Positions 53,060 through 63,305 of a DNA stretch of 64,000 nt are shown here, in pieces. Positions within the stretch are counted from its first letter, which is position 1. Each line of letters begins with the position of its first letter. The notes beneath the pieces are model-generated. The model saw only the letters and a list, made by a program, of their open reading frames with translations, was not told where the DNA came from and searched no databases. The position numbers and the translations under genes are program-made. The stretch comes from an uncultured Bacteroidales bacterium (GTDB taxonomy: Bacteria > Bacteroidota > Bacteroidia > Bacteroidales > FEN-979), in contig CAIVAT010000163.1 of the NCBI GenBank assembly GCA_903903985.1, positions 9,061 to 73,060 on the forward strand, given 5' to 3'.

Positions 53060-55588
53060 ATGAACCGCTGCTTCCTGTTCTTCCTGTTTGGGTTGGTTAT
53101 TTTATTTTCATTTTCGACAAGAGCACAGGAGCTAAACACCATCGAACTGAACACCGGATGGAAGTTCCGCAGGGCGGGAACAAAGGAGTGGTATCCGGCA
53201 ACGGTGCCCGGTGTTGTTCATCTTGACCTGATGCGCAACAACCTGATTCCCGATCCCTACCTGCGTGAAAATGAGTCAAAGGTGCAATGGGTTGGCGAAG
53301 TTGGCTGGGAATATTTGAAAACGTTCCAATATGATGAAAGTCATTTTGCCTGGCGCCATATCGACCTGGTTTTCAATGGTCTTGATACTTATGCCCATGT
53401 CTATCTCAATGATTCCCTGATATTGGTTGCCGACAATATGTTCCGGGAATGGTATGCCGATATCAAACTATTGTTGCATGCCGGGAACAATTCGCTGCGG
53501 ATCCAGTTTCCGGCTGTTCTGCCGGAGAATAAATCCCGGTATGAAAAACTGGCCAATAAACTTCCGGGCGACGAAAAAGTGGTTTGTCGCAAGGCAGCCT
53601 ATCATTTCGGCTGGGATTGGGGGCCTACGCTGGTTACCTCCGGAATCTGGCGACCGGTTTATATTCGCGAATGGAACGCCCTGAACCTGCTAGGCGTTCA
53701 GTTTATTCAGAAAAAACTGACCGATTCAGCTGCCGACCTGGCAGCCCAGTTCACCATGTTTTCTGAACTTGACGATTCCGCCGAGATCAGGCTCTTCATG
53801 GATACAGTCGAAATTTTACGACAACCTGTCAGCCTCATCAGGGGTCCGAATGTGATCAGGAGCGATTTTTCTATCAGAAATCCGCAGCGATGGTGGCCGA
53901 ATGGCATGGGAAATCCCACGCTGTATCACCTGGGATACGAGGTTTACTTTAATGGAACTCTTGCCGGCAAGGGCCATCAGAAGATCGGCCTGCGAACAAT
54001 TGCAATGATCCAGGATAAAGACTCAGCCGGCAAATCCTTTTATTTTAAAGTCAATGACATTCCTGTCTTTATAAAGGGGGCCAATTATATCCCCCAGGAC
54101 AACTTCCTTCCAAGAGTCAAAGACTCTGCCTACAGGGCGCTGATCCATGATGTAAAACAGGCCAACATGAACATGCTCAGGGTTTGGGGTGGCGGCATTT
54201 ATGAAAAGGATCTGTTTTATGATCTCTGTGACGAAAACGGGATCATGGTCTGGCAGGATTTCATGTTCGCCTGTGCCATGTATCCGGGGAATAAGGAATT
54301 TCTTGACAACGTCCGCGACGAGGCCATACAGAACATCGTACGGTTGCGGCGGCATCCCTGCATCGCCCTGTGGTGCGGCAACAACGAGATTGATGAAGGA
54401 TGGAAAAACTGGGGATGGCAGAAACAGTATGGATATTCTCCTGAAGATTCGGCGGCGGTGTACAAGAATTACCGCTATATTTTCGATGGCATCCTTCCAA
54501 ACAATGTCAGGAGGTTTGATACGGCAAGGGCCTATATTCCCTCCTCCCCGCTTCACGGATGGGGCCGCCCCGAAAGCCTCACCGAGGGAGATTCGCACTA
54601 TTGGGGAGTTTGGTGGGGTAAAGAGCCTTTTTTAACTTATGAAAAAAAAGTAGGCCGCTTCATGTCGGAATATGGTTTCCAGGGATTTCCTGACTACCGG
54701 ACCATTAAAAAATTCACAACGGCTGAAGACCGCACATTGGAATCACCTGTAATGAAAGCGCATCAGAAACATCCCACGGGATTTGAAACCATTGATGAAT
54801 ATCTGTTACGGGATTATAATAAGCCGAAAGATTTTGAATCATATGCCTATGTCAGCCAGCTCCTGCAGGCAAAAGGGATTATCGCCGCCATCGAGGCACA
54901 CCGGAGAGCCAAACCCTATTGCATGGGAACAATGTACTGGCAGCTGAACGACTGCTGGCCCGGTGTTTCATGGTCCTCGCGCGATTACTTCGGTAAAAAG
55001 AAGGCGCTTCAATATGCAATACCCGCAGCATACGGTAAATTACTCATTTCCCCCGTAAATGAAAACGGGCGGGTGAAAGTTTATGTTTCTTCAGATGATC
55101 CTCAACTCAGCAGGGCATTCATGTCGGTAAAGGTTGTCGATTTTAACGGCAACATCATTTCCGATGAAAGTTTCAGCGTTGATATCCCGGGAAATACCTC
55201 GCTTGTTTATTATGATACCCTCCGGTCAGACCTGCTGGGAAATCACCCCCCGAAAAAAGTGTTTCTGCTGGCAACCCTGACAAGTAAAGGCAATGGAAAG
55301 GTCATGACTAAAAACATGCTTTATTTTGTTTCACCCAGGGATATGGAATTACCAGTGCCAGTTATTGATACAAAAATAACAGGAACACTTTCCGGATACA
55401 ACATTCACCTTTCCTGCGACCAACTGGTAAAAAACCTGTATCTTTCTACCTCGTTAACAGGAGAATTCTCAAATAATTATTTTGACCTTCTGCCGGGGGA
55501 AGCGATAGATGTACAATTCACAACCCCGAAGAAAAATCAGAATATTACGGAGTTAATCGTTGTTAAAAGTTTGATAGATAGTTATTAA
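53060..55588 (+). CDS. GH2 beta-mannosidase
   Basis: The ATG at 53060 gives the signal peptide MNRCFLFFLFGLVILFSFSTRAQE. Motifs: LNTGWKFR..WYPATVPGVVHLDL, WCGNNE (acid/base) and MSEYGFQGFP (nucleophile region). Confidence 0.85.
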   Translation: MNRCFLFFLFGLVILFSFSTRAQELNTIELNTGWKFRRAGTKEWYPATVPGVVHLDLMRNNLIPDPYLRENESKVQWVGEVGWEYLKTFQYDESHFAWRHIDLVFNGLDTYAHVYLNDSLILVADNMFREWYADIKLLLHAGNNSLRIQFPAVLPENKSRYEKLANKLPGDEKVVCRKAAYHFGWDWGPTLVTSGIWRPVYIREWNALNLLGVQFIQKKLTDSAADLAAQFTMFSELDDSAEIRLFMDTVEILRQPVSLIRGPNVIRSDFSIRNPQRWWPNGMGNPTLYHLGYEVYFNGTLAGKGHQKIGLRTIAMIQDKDSAGKSFYFKVNDIPVFIKGANYIPQDNFLPRVKDSAYRALIHDVKQANMNMLRVWGGGIYEKDLFYDLCDENGIMVWQDFMFACAMYPGNKEFLDNVRDEAIQNIVRLRRHPCIALWCGNNEIDEGWKNWGWQKQYGYSPEDSAAVYKNYRYIFDGILPNNVRRFDTARAYIPSSPLHGWGRPESLTEGDSHYWGVWWGKEPFLTYEKKVGRFMSEYGFQGFPDYRTIKKFTTAEDRTLESPVMKAHQKHPTGFETIDEYLLRDYNKPKDFESYAYVSQLLQAKGIIAAIEAHRRAKPYCMGTMYWQLNDCWPGVSWSSRDYFGKKKALQYAIPAAYGKLLISPVNENGRVKVYVSSDDPQLSRAFMSVKVVDFNGNIISDESFSVDIPGNTSLVYYDTLRSDLLGNHPPKKVFLLATLTSKGNGKVMTKNMLYFVSPRDMELPVPVIDTKITGTLSGYNIHLSCDQLVKNLYLSTSLTGEFSNNYFDLLPGEAIDVQFTTPKKNQNITELIVVKSLIDSY

Positions 55589-55616
55589 ATTATCTCAACC
55601 CATTCACAATCCAACC

Positions 55617-58577
55617 ATGGCCCATACCAAAAAGAGTGCAGAACATGCCTTTCAGATGTTGTTAATCTGCCTGCTTGCAGCCGTTTCCGGTGTTTTAACC
55701 GCGCAAAAGCCTTTATCACTTACAGGCTATGTCAACCCCTTCATCGGCACAGGAGGCCATGGGCACACCTTTCCGGGGGCCAGCGTACCTTTTGGCATGG
55801 TTCAGCTTAGTCCTGATACACGCCTCGACGGATGGGACGGCTGTTCGGCGTATCATGGAAGCGATTCGGTGATCTATGGATTCAGCCACACCCATTTAAG
55901 CGGTACCGGCTGTTCCGATTATGGTGATATCCTGCTTATGCCGGATATCGGTTCAGTAAACCTCAAAGACTACGGTTATGCCTCGCCTTTCAGTAAGAAA
56001 GATGAATTGGCTTCACCCGGTTACTACCGGGTAAAACTGTTGAAGAACAACATCACAGCAGAACTGACCACGACTGCAAGAGCAGGCATTCACCGGTACA
56101 CCTATCCATCATCAGGTCAGGCAAATGTGATATTCGACCTGAAGCATCGCGACAAGGTCCTTGCATCGGGGATTAAAATTTCAGGAACAGATGAAGTGGA
56201 AGGTTTCCGGGTTTCCCAGGCCTGGGCATCGAAGCAGATGATCTATTTTGTCGCAAAGTTTTCCAAACCCTTCAAAGCCTCGGCACTGTCATCCGGGGAA
56301 CAGATCTCAACGGATTTGAAAGAGGTTGACGGTGACAATATCAAGGCCATTTTCACCTTTACCAGCGCCCCGAATGAACAGATCCTGGTTAAGGTTGGAA
56401 TTTCGGGCGTTAGCACCGAGGGAGCCCGAAAAAATCTTGATGCTGAAATTCCGGGTTGGGATTTTGACTCCATTGCCCGGCAGGCATCGATTTCATGGGA
56501 TCTTGCCTTGGGCAGGATCGTGGCAGAGGGTGGCACTCCGGAACAGCAGACTGTATTTTATACCGCACTCTATCATACCCTGTTGCAACCGAACATTTAC
56601 AACGACGTCGATGGACAGTACCGGGGCCGCGACCTCAAGGTGCATCGTGCGGAAGGGTTTGATTATTATACCGTCTTTTCGCTTTGGGATACCTATCGGG
56701 CTGCCAACCCCCTCTATACAATCATTGAACCAAAGCGTGTCAATGATTTTATCAATACTTTTCTCAGGCAATATGAAGAGGGAGGCATGTTGCCGGTATG
56801 GGAACTCTCAGGAAACGAAACCGGTTGCATGATCGGATACCATGCCGTTCCGGTTATCGCAGATGCCTGGCTGAAGGGAATCCGTGGTTATGACGGAGAA
56901 AAGGCCTTGATGGCCATGAAACACAGTGCTGAACAAAACAAACTTGGATTAAAATATTATAAATCAGAAGGATATATACCAGCCGACCGTGAAGGCGAAT
57001 CCGTTTCCAAAACCCTGGAATATGCCTACGACGATTGGTGCATATCCATGATGGCCAAATCACTTGAAAAACAGGACGATTATAAAGCTTACCTGATCAG
57101 GGCGCAGAACTACAAGAACATGTACGATCACATCACCGGGTTCATGCGTGCCAAATCAAATGAAACCTGGGTAACTCCTTTCGATCCTGCGGAAGTGAAT
57201 TTCAATTATACAGAAGCCAATGCCTGGCAGTACAGTTTTTATGTACCGCAGGACCTGAGCGGGTTGATGATGCTTATGGATGGCCGTGACCAGTTTGCAC
57301 TGAAACTCGATAACCTTTTTGCCGCCGATTCAAAAACGACCGGCCGCAACCAGGCTGACATCAGCGGGCTCATCGGGCAATATGCCCATGGCAACGAGCC
57401 CAGCCACCACATGGCTTACCTTTATGACTATGCAGGAATCCCCTGGAAAACACAGGAACTGGTGCACCGGATCTGTAAAGACTTTTATAAAAATTCCCCT
57501 GATGGTTTAATTGGCAACGAAGATTGCGGCCAGATGTCGGCCTGGTATGTACTCAGTGCGATGGGATTTTACCCGGTAACACCCGGTTCGGGTATTTATG
57601 CTTTTGGATCGCCCATTTTTCCCAGGGCCACGATCATCCTTGAAAACGGAAAATCGCTTGTTATCAAAGCCATCAACATCAGCGACAAGAATTACTATAT
57701 TCAATCGGCCAGTCTGAACGGCAAACCCTGCACAAAGTGCTACATCAGTCATGCGGATATTCTCAAGGGAGGTGAACTGGTCTTCAATATGGGACCTCAA
57801 CCCAACAAAGCCTGGGGTGTCGGATTTGGCGGATTTCCTGAATCCTATATCTCTGAATATCCAGTCACGCCGGTTCCATCAGTTTACCAGGGAAACCATA
57901 CGTTTATGGATTCAACGGTGGTCGGGCTCACGTGTGCACTTGCCGGGGTAACCATACACTATACCCTTGATGGATCAGAGCCCAGTGTGCGGTCCGCCGT
58001 ATACCAGCGCCCTTTTATTTTCCGAAAAACCACGACCATCAGGGCATTTGCAATCACCAGGGAATTGCAGAAAAGCCTGCCGATCGAAGCCCGGTTCATC
58101 CAGATACCTAAAAACCGCAAGATCACTTTGAATTCATCCTATTCCGCGCAGTATCCCGCAGGCGGAGATCTTGCCCTGATTGACTTTTTAAGGGGAGGCG
58201 ATAACTTCCGGACAGGATCCTGGCAGGGCTATAAAGGAGTAGATATCGAAGCGGTGGTTGACCTGGGAAGTTCGCAGCCGATCAAAAAACTTTCGCTAGG
58301 CTGCCTGCAGGACCAGGGCGCCTGGATCTTCATGCCTGAAGAGGTCACTTTTTGGATTTCGGATGACAATGCCTCGTTTACGAAGCTGGCATCAATTCCC
58401 AATGATATTGATGAACACCTGGAAGATGCTGTCATCAAAGATTTTTCACTCAGCGTAAAAGGAAAGAAAGCCCGCTATATTAAAATCATTGCAAAAAACC
58501 GGGGTATTTGCCCCCCATGGCATCCGGGTGCCGGGAATAAGGCATGGGTGTTTGCGGATGAAATCAGCGTTGAATGA
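55617..58577 (+). CDS. GH92 alpha-mannosidase with C-terminal CHB_HEX_C-like and discoidin (F5/8 type C)-like domains
   Basis: 986 aa. GH92 N-terminal signature VNPFIGTGGHGHTFPGASVPFGMVQLSPDT, plus ..GNEPSHHMAYLY.. and ..NEDCGQMSAWYV... The C-terminus has TIHYTLDGSEP followed by a discoidin-like ~150 aa. Confidence 0.85.
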   Translation: MAHTKKSAEHAFQMLLICLLAAVSGVLTAQKPLSLTGYVNPFIGTGGHGHTFPGASVPFGMVQLSPDTRLDGWDGCSAYHGSDSVIYGFSHTHLSGTGCSDYGDILLMPDIGSVNLKDYGYASPFSKKDELASPGYYRVKLLKNNITAELTTTARAGIHRYTYPSSGQANVIFDLKHRDKVLASGIKISGTDEVEGFRVSQAWASKQMIYFVAKFSKPFKASALSSGEQISTDLKEVDGDNIKAIFTFTSAPNEQILVKVGISGVSTEGARKNLDAEIPGWDFDSIARQASISWDLALGRIVAEGGTPEQQTVFYTALYHTLLQPNIYNDVDGQYRGRDLKVHRAEGFDYYTVFSLWDTYRAANPLYTIIEPKRVNDFINTFLRQYEEGGMLPVWELSGNETGCMIGYHAVPVIADAWLKGIRGYDGEKALMAMKHSAEQNKLGLKYYKSEGYIPADREGESVSKTLEYAYDDWCISMMAKSLEKQDDYKAYLIRAQNYKNMYDHITGFMRAKSNETWVTPFDPAEVNFNYTEANAWQYSFYVPQDLSGLMMLMDGRDQFALKLDNLFAADSKTTGRNQADISGLIGQYAHGNEPSHHMAYLYDYAGIPWKTQELVHRICKDFYKNSPDGLIGNEDCGQMSAWYVLSAMGFYPVTPGSGIYAFGSPIFPRATIILENGKSLVIKAINISDKNYYIQSASLNGKPCTKCYISHADILKGGELVFNMGPQPNKAWGVGFGGFPESYISEYPVTPVPSVYQGNHTFMDSTVVGLTCALAGVTIHYTLDGSEPSVRSAVYQRPFIFRKTTTIRAFAITRELQKSLPIEARFIQIPKNRKITLNSSYSAQYPAGGDLALIDFLRGGDNFRTGSWQGYKGVDIEAVVDLGSSQPIKKLSLGCLQDQGAWIFMPEEVTFWISDDNASFTKLASIPNDIDEHLEDAVIKDFSLSVKGKKARYIKIIAKNRGICPPWHPGAGNKAWVFADEISVE

Positions 58578-59479
58578 TTTACGATTCAGCTATGTATAAA
58601 AAAAACCTCCGGTCAGATTTGGTCCTGCTTTTGGCAGCCATCATCTGGGGTTTTGCCTTTGTAGCCCAGCGTATCGGAATGGATTTTGTCGGTCCATTCA
58701 CTTACAACGGTGTGCGCTTTACCTTAGGCACCCTCGTTCTGCTGCCTTTTCTTTTTTTTGGTGCATCAGGAAAGGAACCCCTCGTTAAGGTTTCTCATCC
58801 TTCCGACCGGCGGAAAATCATCATTGGAAGCCTCATGACCGGGCTTTTCCTTTTTGGGGGTGTCGCACTCCAGCAATTGGGATTGCAGCAAACCACGGCC
58901 GGGAAAGCAGGATTTATCACCGGTTTGTATGTTGTTTTTGTTCCAATTGCCGGGTTGTTATTCGGCCAACGTTCGCATATCAGCATGTGGATTGGCGCCC
59001 TGCTTTCGGTTTCAGGACTTTACCTGCTCAGTATGACAAACGGATTTAACTTTGCACCGGGTGATAAACTGGTACTTTACTGTGCCATTGTATTTACTTT
59101 CCATGTGCTTTTCATCGCCTGGCTTTCTCCCCTGATGAACAGTTTTCTGCTTGCCATCATTCAATTCTCCATCTGTGCGCTGCTCAACCTGCTAATTGCT
59201 TTCACCATCGAACCCGTGAACCTGGAGTCTGTCCTTCAAGCCTGGGCTCCAATTGCTTACGGTGGAATTCTTTCGGTAGGCGTTGCATATACTTTGCAGG
59301 TAGTGGCCCAAAAGACTGCCCACCCGGCCCATGCTTCCATTATTTTGAGCCTTGAAGCCGTATTTGCAGTGATTGGCGGCTGGCTTATCCTGCATGAAGG
59401 ATTTACGGCACGGATGCTGGCCGGCTGCATATTGATGCTGTTGGGGATGATCGCAGTACAGGTGAGGATTAAATGCTGA
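58574..59479 (+). CDS. DMT-superfamily (EamA) transporter
   Basis: 301 aa with about ten hydrophobic helices and a duplicated EamA pattern (AAIIWGFAFVAQR..). The start may instead be the ATG at 58592. The annotated start overlaps the GH92 stop by 4 nt. Confidence 0.75.
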   Translation: MIYDSAMYKKNLRSDLVLLLAAIIWGFAFVAQRIGMDFVGPFTYNGVRFTLGTLVLLPFLFFGASGKEPLVKVSHPSDRRKIIIGSLMTGLFLFGGVALQQLGLQQTTAGKAGFITGLYVVFVPIAGLLFGQRSHISMWIGALLSVSGLYLLSMTNGFNFAPGDKLVLYCAIVFTFHVLFIAWLSPLMNSFLLAIIQFSICALLNLLIAFTIEPVNLESVLQAWAPIAYGGILSVGVAYTLQVVAQKTAHPAHASIILSLEAVFAVIGGWLILHEGFTARMLAGCILMLLGMIAVQVRIKC

Positions 59480-59508
59480 AGTGGTGGAGTTTGTGTGGTT
59501 AAAGGGTT

Positions 59509-59516
59509 TAACTTTG
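59509..59516 (+). promoter_or_regulatory. candidate -7 promoter box for the M64 peptidase gene
   Basis: TAACTTTG matches TAnnTTTG and lies 34 nt upstream of the ATG at 59550. Confidence 0.45.
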
Positions 59517-59549
59517 CTGAAGTCTTATCAGCATTACATACTTTGAAAT

Positions 59550-60893
59550 ATGAAATTAAAAATCATCCTGCATGCTTATTTGTCAGCAGCATTTCTCGTT
59601 CTGTCGCTGGGAGTAACAGCCCAGACTGCAATAAATGCAGCACCACTCCGAATTGCAGATAACGATAAGGGTTTTTCATTCGATGAAAATTTTATCTCTA
59701 AAACACTCAGGGTTGATTACCTCCTGGCAGGTGATTCAAAAACAGAAGTGGCTTATTTCGTTCAGATGAAGGAAGAACCTTTCTGGGGAGGTTCGCATAC
59801 GAATCTTACTGACCCGTTTGGGTATGGTACTTACCGGTATGCGGTTTATGATTCTGCTTCAAAAAGATTGTTGTTCTCACGCGGATTCAGCACCATATTC
59901 CAGGAATGGAAAGGTACAGACGAGGCAAAGAAAATGAAGCGCGCCTGGCCCATGACCGCCGTGATGCCATTTCCGAAGAAGACCATCCGCTTTGTCATCG
60001 AAAAAAGATCGTATGAGTCAAATGAATTTGAGCTACTATTCGAACGATACATCAATCCCACCGACTATTTCATCACCCGTGAAAGCACCCGTCCTTATAA
60101 ATTTGCAAAAATCAAGGATTCAGGCGACCCTCCCCACCATGTCGATGTGGCGTTCCTTGCTGAAGGATATACCACCCTCGAGATGGACAAATTCATCACC
60201 GATGCCAAACGCATGTGCGACTATTTTATGTCGGTGGAGCCCTATGCAAGCATGACCGATAAATTTAATTTTTATGCCATTGAATCACCCTCCGATGAAT
60301 CGGGCGTGACCATCCCGGGTTCAGACATCTATGTGAACACCAATATTCACAGCAGTTTTTATACATTCGGCATGGACCGGTACCTTACCACCTCCGACAC
60401 AAGATCGGTTTATGACATTGCGGCCGTTGTGCCCTACGATGTCATTTTTGTGCTGGTCAACAGCAAGCGTTATGGAGGGGGCGGCTTTTACAATCATTAC
60501 GGGCAAAGTACGGTCGACCATCGTCTTTCAAACATTGTGGCCCTTCACGAATTCGGTCATGAATTTGCCGGTCTGGCGGATGAATATTATACATCCCAGA
60601 TCACCTACTCCGATTATTACAACCTGAAATTCGAACCATGGGAACCAAATATTACAACCAATGTAAACTTCGAATCCAAGTGGAAAAATATGGTTTCACC
60701 GGATACTCCCATTCCTACCCCCCGTGAGGAAAAATTTAAAGGAATGACCGGCATGTTTGAAGGTGGCGGCTACCTGTCGAAGGGAATTTACAGTCCCAGG
60801 ATGGATTGCCGGATGAATAGCAACGGTTCGCCTGATTTTTGCCCGGCATGCCAGGATGCCATTAAAAAAATGATCATGTTTTATACTGAATGA
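59550..60893 (+). CDS. M64-family (IgA-peptidase-like) zinc metallopeptidase, secreted
   Basis: 447 aa with a signal peptide. Zinc motif ALHEFGHEFAGLADEY, and the N-terminal beta domain typical of M64. Confidence 0.75.
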   Translation: MKLKIILHAYLSAAFLVLSLGVTAQTAINAAPLRIADNDKGFSFDENFISKTLRVDYLLAGDSKTEVAYFVQMKEEPFWGGSHTNLTDPFGYGTYRYAVYDSASKRLLFSRGFSTIFQEWKGTDEAKKMKRAWPMTAVMPFPKKTIRFVIEKRSYESNEFELLFERYINPTDYFITRESTRPYKFAKIKDSGDPPHHVDVAFLAEGYTTLEMDKFITDAKRMCDYFMSVEPYASMTDKFNFYAIESPSDESGVTIPGSDIYVNTNIHSSFYTFGMDRYLTTSDTRSVYDIAAVVPYDVIFVLVNSKRYGGGGFYNHYGQSTVDHRLSNIVALHEFGHEFAGLADEYYTSQITYSDYYNLKFEPWEPNITTNVNFESKWKNMVSPDTPIPTPREEKFKGMTGMFEGGGYLSKGIYSPRMDCRMNSNGSPDFCPACQDAIKKMIMFYTE

Positions 60894-61240
60894 ACTTCAA
60901 ACTTTTCACCCCAATCTGACATCTGCTGCATAACCGGTAACAATTTTAACCCTTCCGGTGTCAATGAATATTCCACCCTGGGCGGAACTATTTCATAAAC
61001 TTTCCGGTTGACAACACCACTTTTTTCGAGTTCTCTCAGCACCTGTGTAAGCATTTTATCATTGATACCAACCAAGATTCTTTTCAGCTCAACATTCGCA
61101 ACCACGCTTAATCCTGTGCTCCTCTCCGATTGATTTCATAATTCCGCTGAGCATTTATCGTATAGCGCGCAAAGATCTTCATTGATCAAACGGGGTATAA
61201 AAGTAATAATTTTCTCACTTACCAAATCCATAGTACTTTC
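60881..61240 (-). pseudogene. HxlR-family transcriptional regulator, apparently disrupted
   Basis: The C-terminal 74 codons are a good HxlR winged helix (ELKRILVGINDKMLTQVLRELEKSGVVNRKVYEIVPPRVEYSLTPEG). Upstream, an ATG at 61240 opens a 31-codon frame (MDLVSEKIITFIPRLINEDLCALYDKCSAEL) that ends at an in-frame TGA. The usual GGKW helix is not recognisable. Confidence 0.45.
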
Positions 61241-61485
61241 TTTTTAGGTGGTATATTGCAATTAACAAGCAGAAGGCTCAACTTTGCTCCATCATTAACA
61301 ACATTTAAAAATGGAAAGAGAAGAAGTTAAAAAAAACGCATGTGCTTGTTGACGCGGATCAGGCATCGGTTCGGCGCTTTGATCGGATACGCTGTTTTTG
61401 CCGGATTGTTCAAAGTAAAACAGAAGAGGCCTGTGAGGAAACCTTGAACCATCATCGGGTTCATGCCAGCAGGCGATGCAACGGT

Positions 61486-62160
61486 TTATTTCGACAGCCG
61501 GATGGAATAACCCACAGATATCCCCAGCGACATGCTTCGTGCTACAATAAAAGCATCTTCCAAAACATCACTTAATCCATAGAGGTATGATAGCCTGGCA
61601 ATCACATCGCCGGGACCCAGTTTATAATTAACACCTGCCTCGGTGGCCCAGGATAGATCCACTTCGTTGAAACGAGAAAAAGGCATGAAAAATTTATAAT
61701 ACGGTCCAGAAAACAGCGCCCCGCCATTTGGAGTGCCTATTGCAAAATCGGCTTGCAAGCCAGTGGCAAGCTGAACACCGAATTTACTATCGCGAAAATT
61801 ATAATGATATCCGATGAGCATCGACAATCCCATATATTTCTGCCTTGCAGGAGTAGTCCAGAGCCACCCGGCTGTATCGGTATAGGCAACCTGCGCCAAT
61901 CCTTTGTCAGCGTAGTGAAATCCTGTTGACAGGAACAGGTTCTTCCCAAGATCAAAGTCAACGTTCACTGCAGCAAGTACAGAACCAACATTCGTGGAGA
62001 GTTCCACGGAATCAAGCAGGAAATCCCTGCGTTCTATGCGTTCGTACTCCGCGATACTGGTGTGGGTTCCAAGAAATCCTGCCCGGATGCCGATGGCGTT
62101 TTGAGTATGCGCCTGAATTGCTATCCAACTCATCAACAGTATCACGATCGTTTTTTTCAT
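61486..62160 (-). CDS. outer-membrane beta-barrel (porin-family) protein
   Basis: 224 aa with signal peptide MKKTIVILLMSWIAIQAHTQ. It has alternating amphipathic beta-strand patterning but lacks the aromatic C-terminal residue typical of OMPs (it ends ..GYSIRLSK). Confidence 0.55.
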   Translation of the reverse strand: MKKTIVILLMSWIAIQAHTQNAIGIRAGFLGTHTSIAEYERIERRDFLLDSVELSTNVGSVLAAVNVDFDLGKNLFLSTGFHYADKGLAQVAYTDTAGWLWTTPARQKYMGLSMLIGYHYNFRDSKFGVQLATGLQADFAIGTPNGGALFSGPYYKFFMPFSRFNEVDLSWATEAGVNYKLGPGDVIARLSYLYGLSDVLEDAFIVARSMSLGISVGYSIRLSK

Positions 62161-62231
62161 TCACCAAAAAATTAATGTTAATAATCACTGCTGAATATGA
62201 ATCCCGGGTGCAAAAATAGAATGTTTCAGGT

Positions 62232-63305
62232 CTAAAACTGTTCATTCTTCAACCATAATAGCAACAGATGATACCCCAGGGAAAGTACCACCGCCCCGAC
62301 AAACAGCCCGATGGTTCCAAAACTGATAAATCCGCCAATGGCACCGAGGAAGATCACCAGCATGGGTACCGGGGCTCCACGACCAAGTAAAATTGGTTTC
62401 AACACGTTGTCGATAACCAATAGCGGGGCACACCAAACGGTCAGCAGAATGGCTGTAAGGGTACTTAATTTCAGAAAGGCATAGATCAACACCCCGATCA
62501 CAACCGGCCCAACTCCTATCTGGACAATGGCCAGCACAAAGCTGATCAGTGACCAGAGGCCGGCACCGGGAATGCCTGCAACAAGGAATCCAAGTCCAGC
62601 CAGGAACGCCTGGATAAAGGCGACCCCCAGGATTCCGCGCGCCACATTGCGCACCGTCACTTCGGCATTAACTACCGTTTCGATGCCCCTCTCCCCCATC
62701 AGGCGAACGGCAATGCTGCGGGCTGCCTCTTTTCCCTGTTCGGCGAAAACAAGAAATACACCGCAGACAAGGATTGAAACAATGAACATCAACATACCCA
62801 ATCCGGCATTGGTCAGGGTTGAGAGAAACCAGGTGAGGCCAGTCATCAGTTGAGGCTGGTATTCCTTTGCAACTTCAGTTAAATTTTCAGATGCACGCTG
62901 CCAGAGATTAAAGACCTGGGGGCCGATCACCTGCCACTCTTTAACGGTCTGCGGTGGCGGCGGGACCAGGCTCTTGCCCGAAACAAAGGATTCTTTAACA
63001 CTGCCAACGGCCTCGGCCAGCGATCCTCCAAGGAGAATGACCGGAAGAATGATCAATAAAAGAAGAAAAAGGGTGACAAGAATGGAGGCAAGTTTTCCCC
63101 GGTTTCCCAGTTTGCTTCTCAGCCACCCGAACATCGGATAAACAGCTACCGCAAGGATGATCCCCCAAAGCGTAAGCATTAAAAACGGTTTCAGGATAAT
63201 AAAGCACCAAAGCAAAAGACCTACGACCAGGCCAACCTTGATTGTAACTTCCAGGCTTTTGCCAACATAACTATGGTTGCTTGATTGATTTTTTGGTTCT
63301 TCCAT
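62232..63305 (-). CDS. AI-2E family transporter (PerM/UPF0118)
   Basis: 357 aa and polytopic. The C-terminal ..VLKPILLGRGAPVPMLVIFLGAIGG.. is typical of the AI-2E/PerM family. Confidence 0.8.
   Translation of the reverse strand: MEEPKNQSSNHSYVGKSLEVTIKVGLVVGLLLWCFIILKPFLMLTLWGIILAVAVYPMFGWLRSKLGNRGKLASILVTLFLLLLIILPVILLGGSLAEAVGSVKESFVSGKSLVPPPPQTVKEWQVIGPQVFNLWQRASENLTEVAKEYQPQLMTGLTWFLSTLTNAGLGMLMFIVSILVCGVFLVFAEQGKEAARSIAVRLMGERGIETVVNAEVTVRNVARGILGVAFIQAFLAGLGFLVAGIPGAGLWSLISFVLAIVQIGVGPVVIGVLIYAFLKLSTLTAILLTVWCAPLLVIDNVLKPILLGRGAPVPMLVIFLGAIGGFISFGTIGLFVGAVVLSLGYHLLLLWLKNEQF

Noticed and set aside
58576-58590. gatttacgattcagc, considered as another heptad-repeat locus
   Set aside because: It has fewer than two clean units, lies in the opposite orientation and sits inside the GH92/DMT overlap region. 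It is too weak to count.
61106-61240. In-frame TGA in the HxlR gene, considered as selenocysteine or stop-codon recoding
   Set aside because: The residues around the TGA do not match the conserved HxlR N-terminal helix (GGKW absent), and no SECIS-like hairpin is evident. Gene decay is the simpler reading.
61342-61575. Track ORF 61342-61575 (+, 77 aa)
   Set aside because: It overlaps the 3' end of the well-formed beta-barrel gene on the other strand. It is Arg/Cys/His-rich, with no signal, motif or promoter support.
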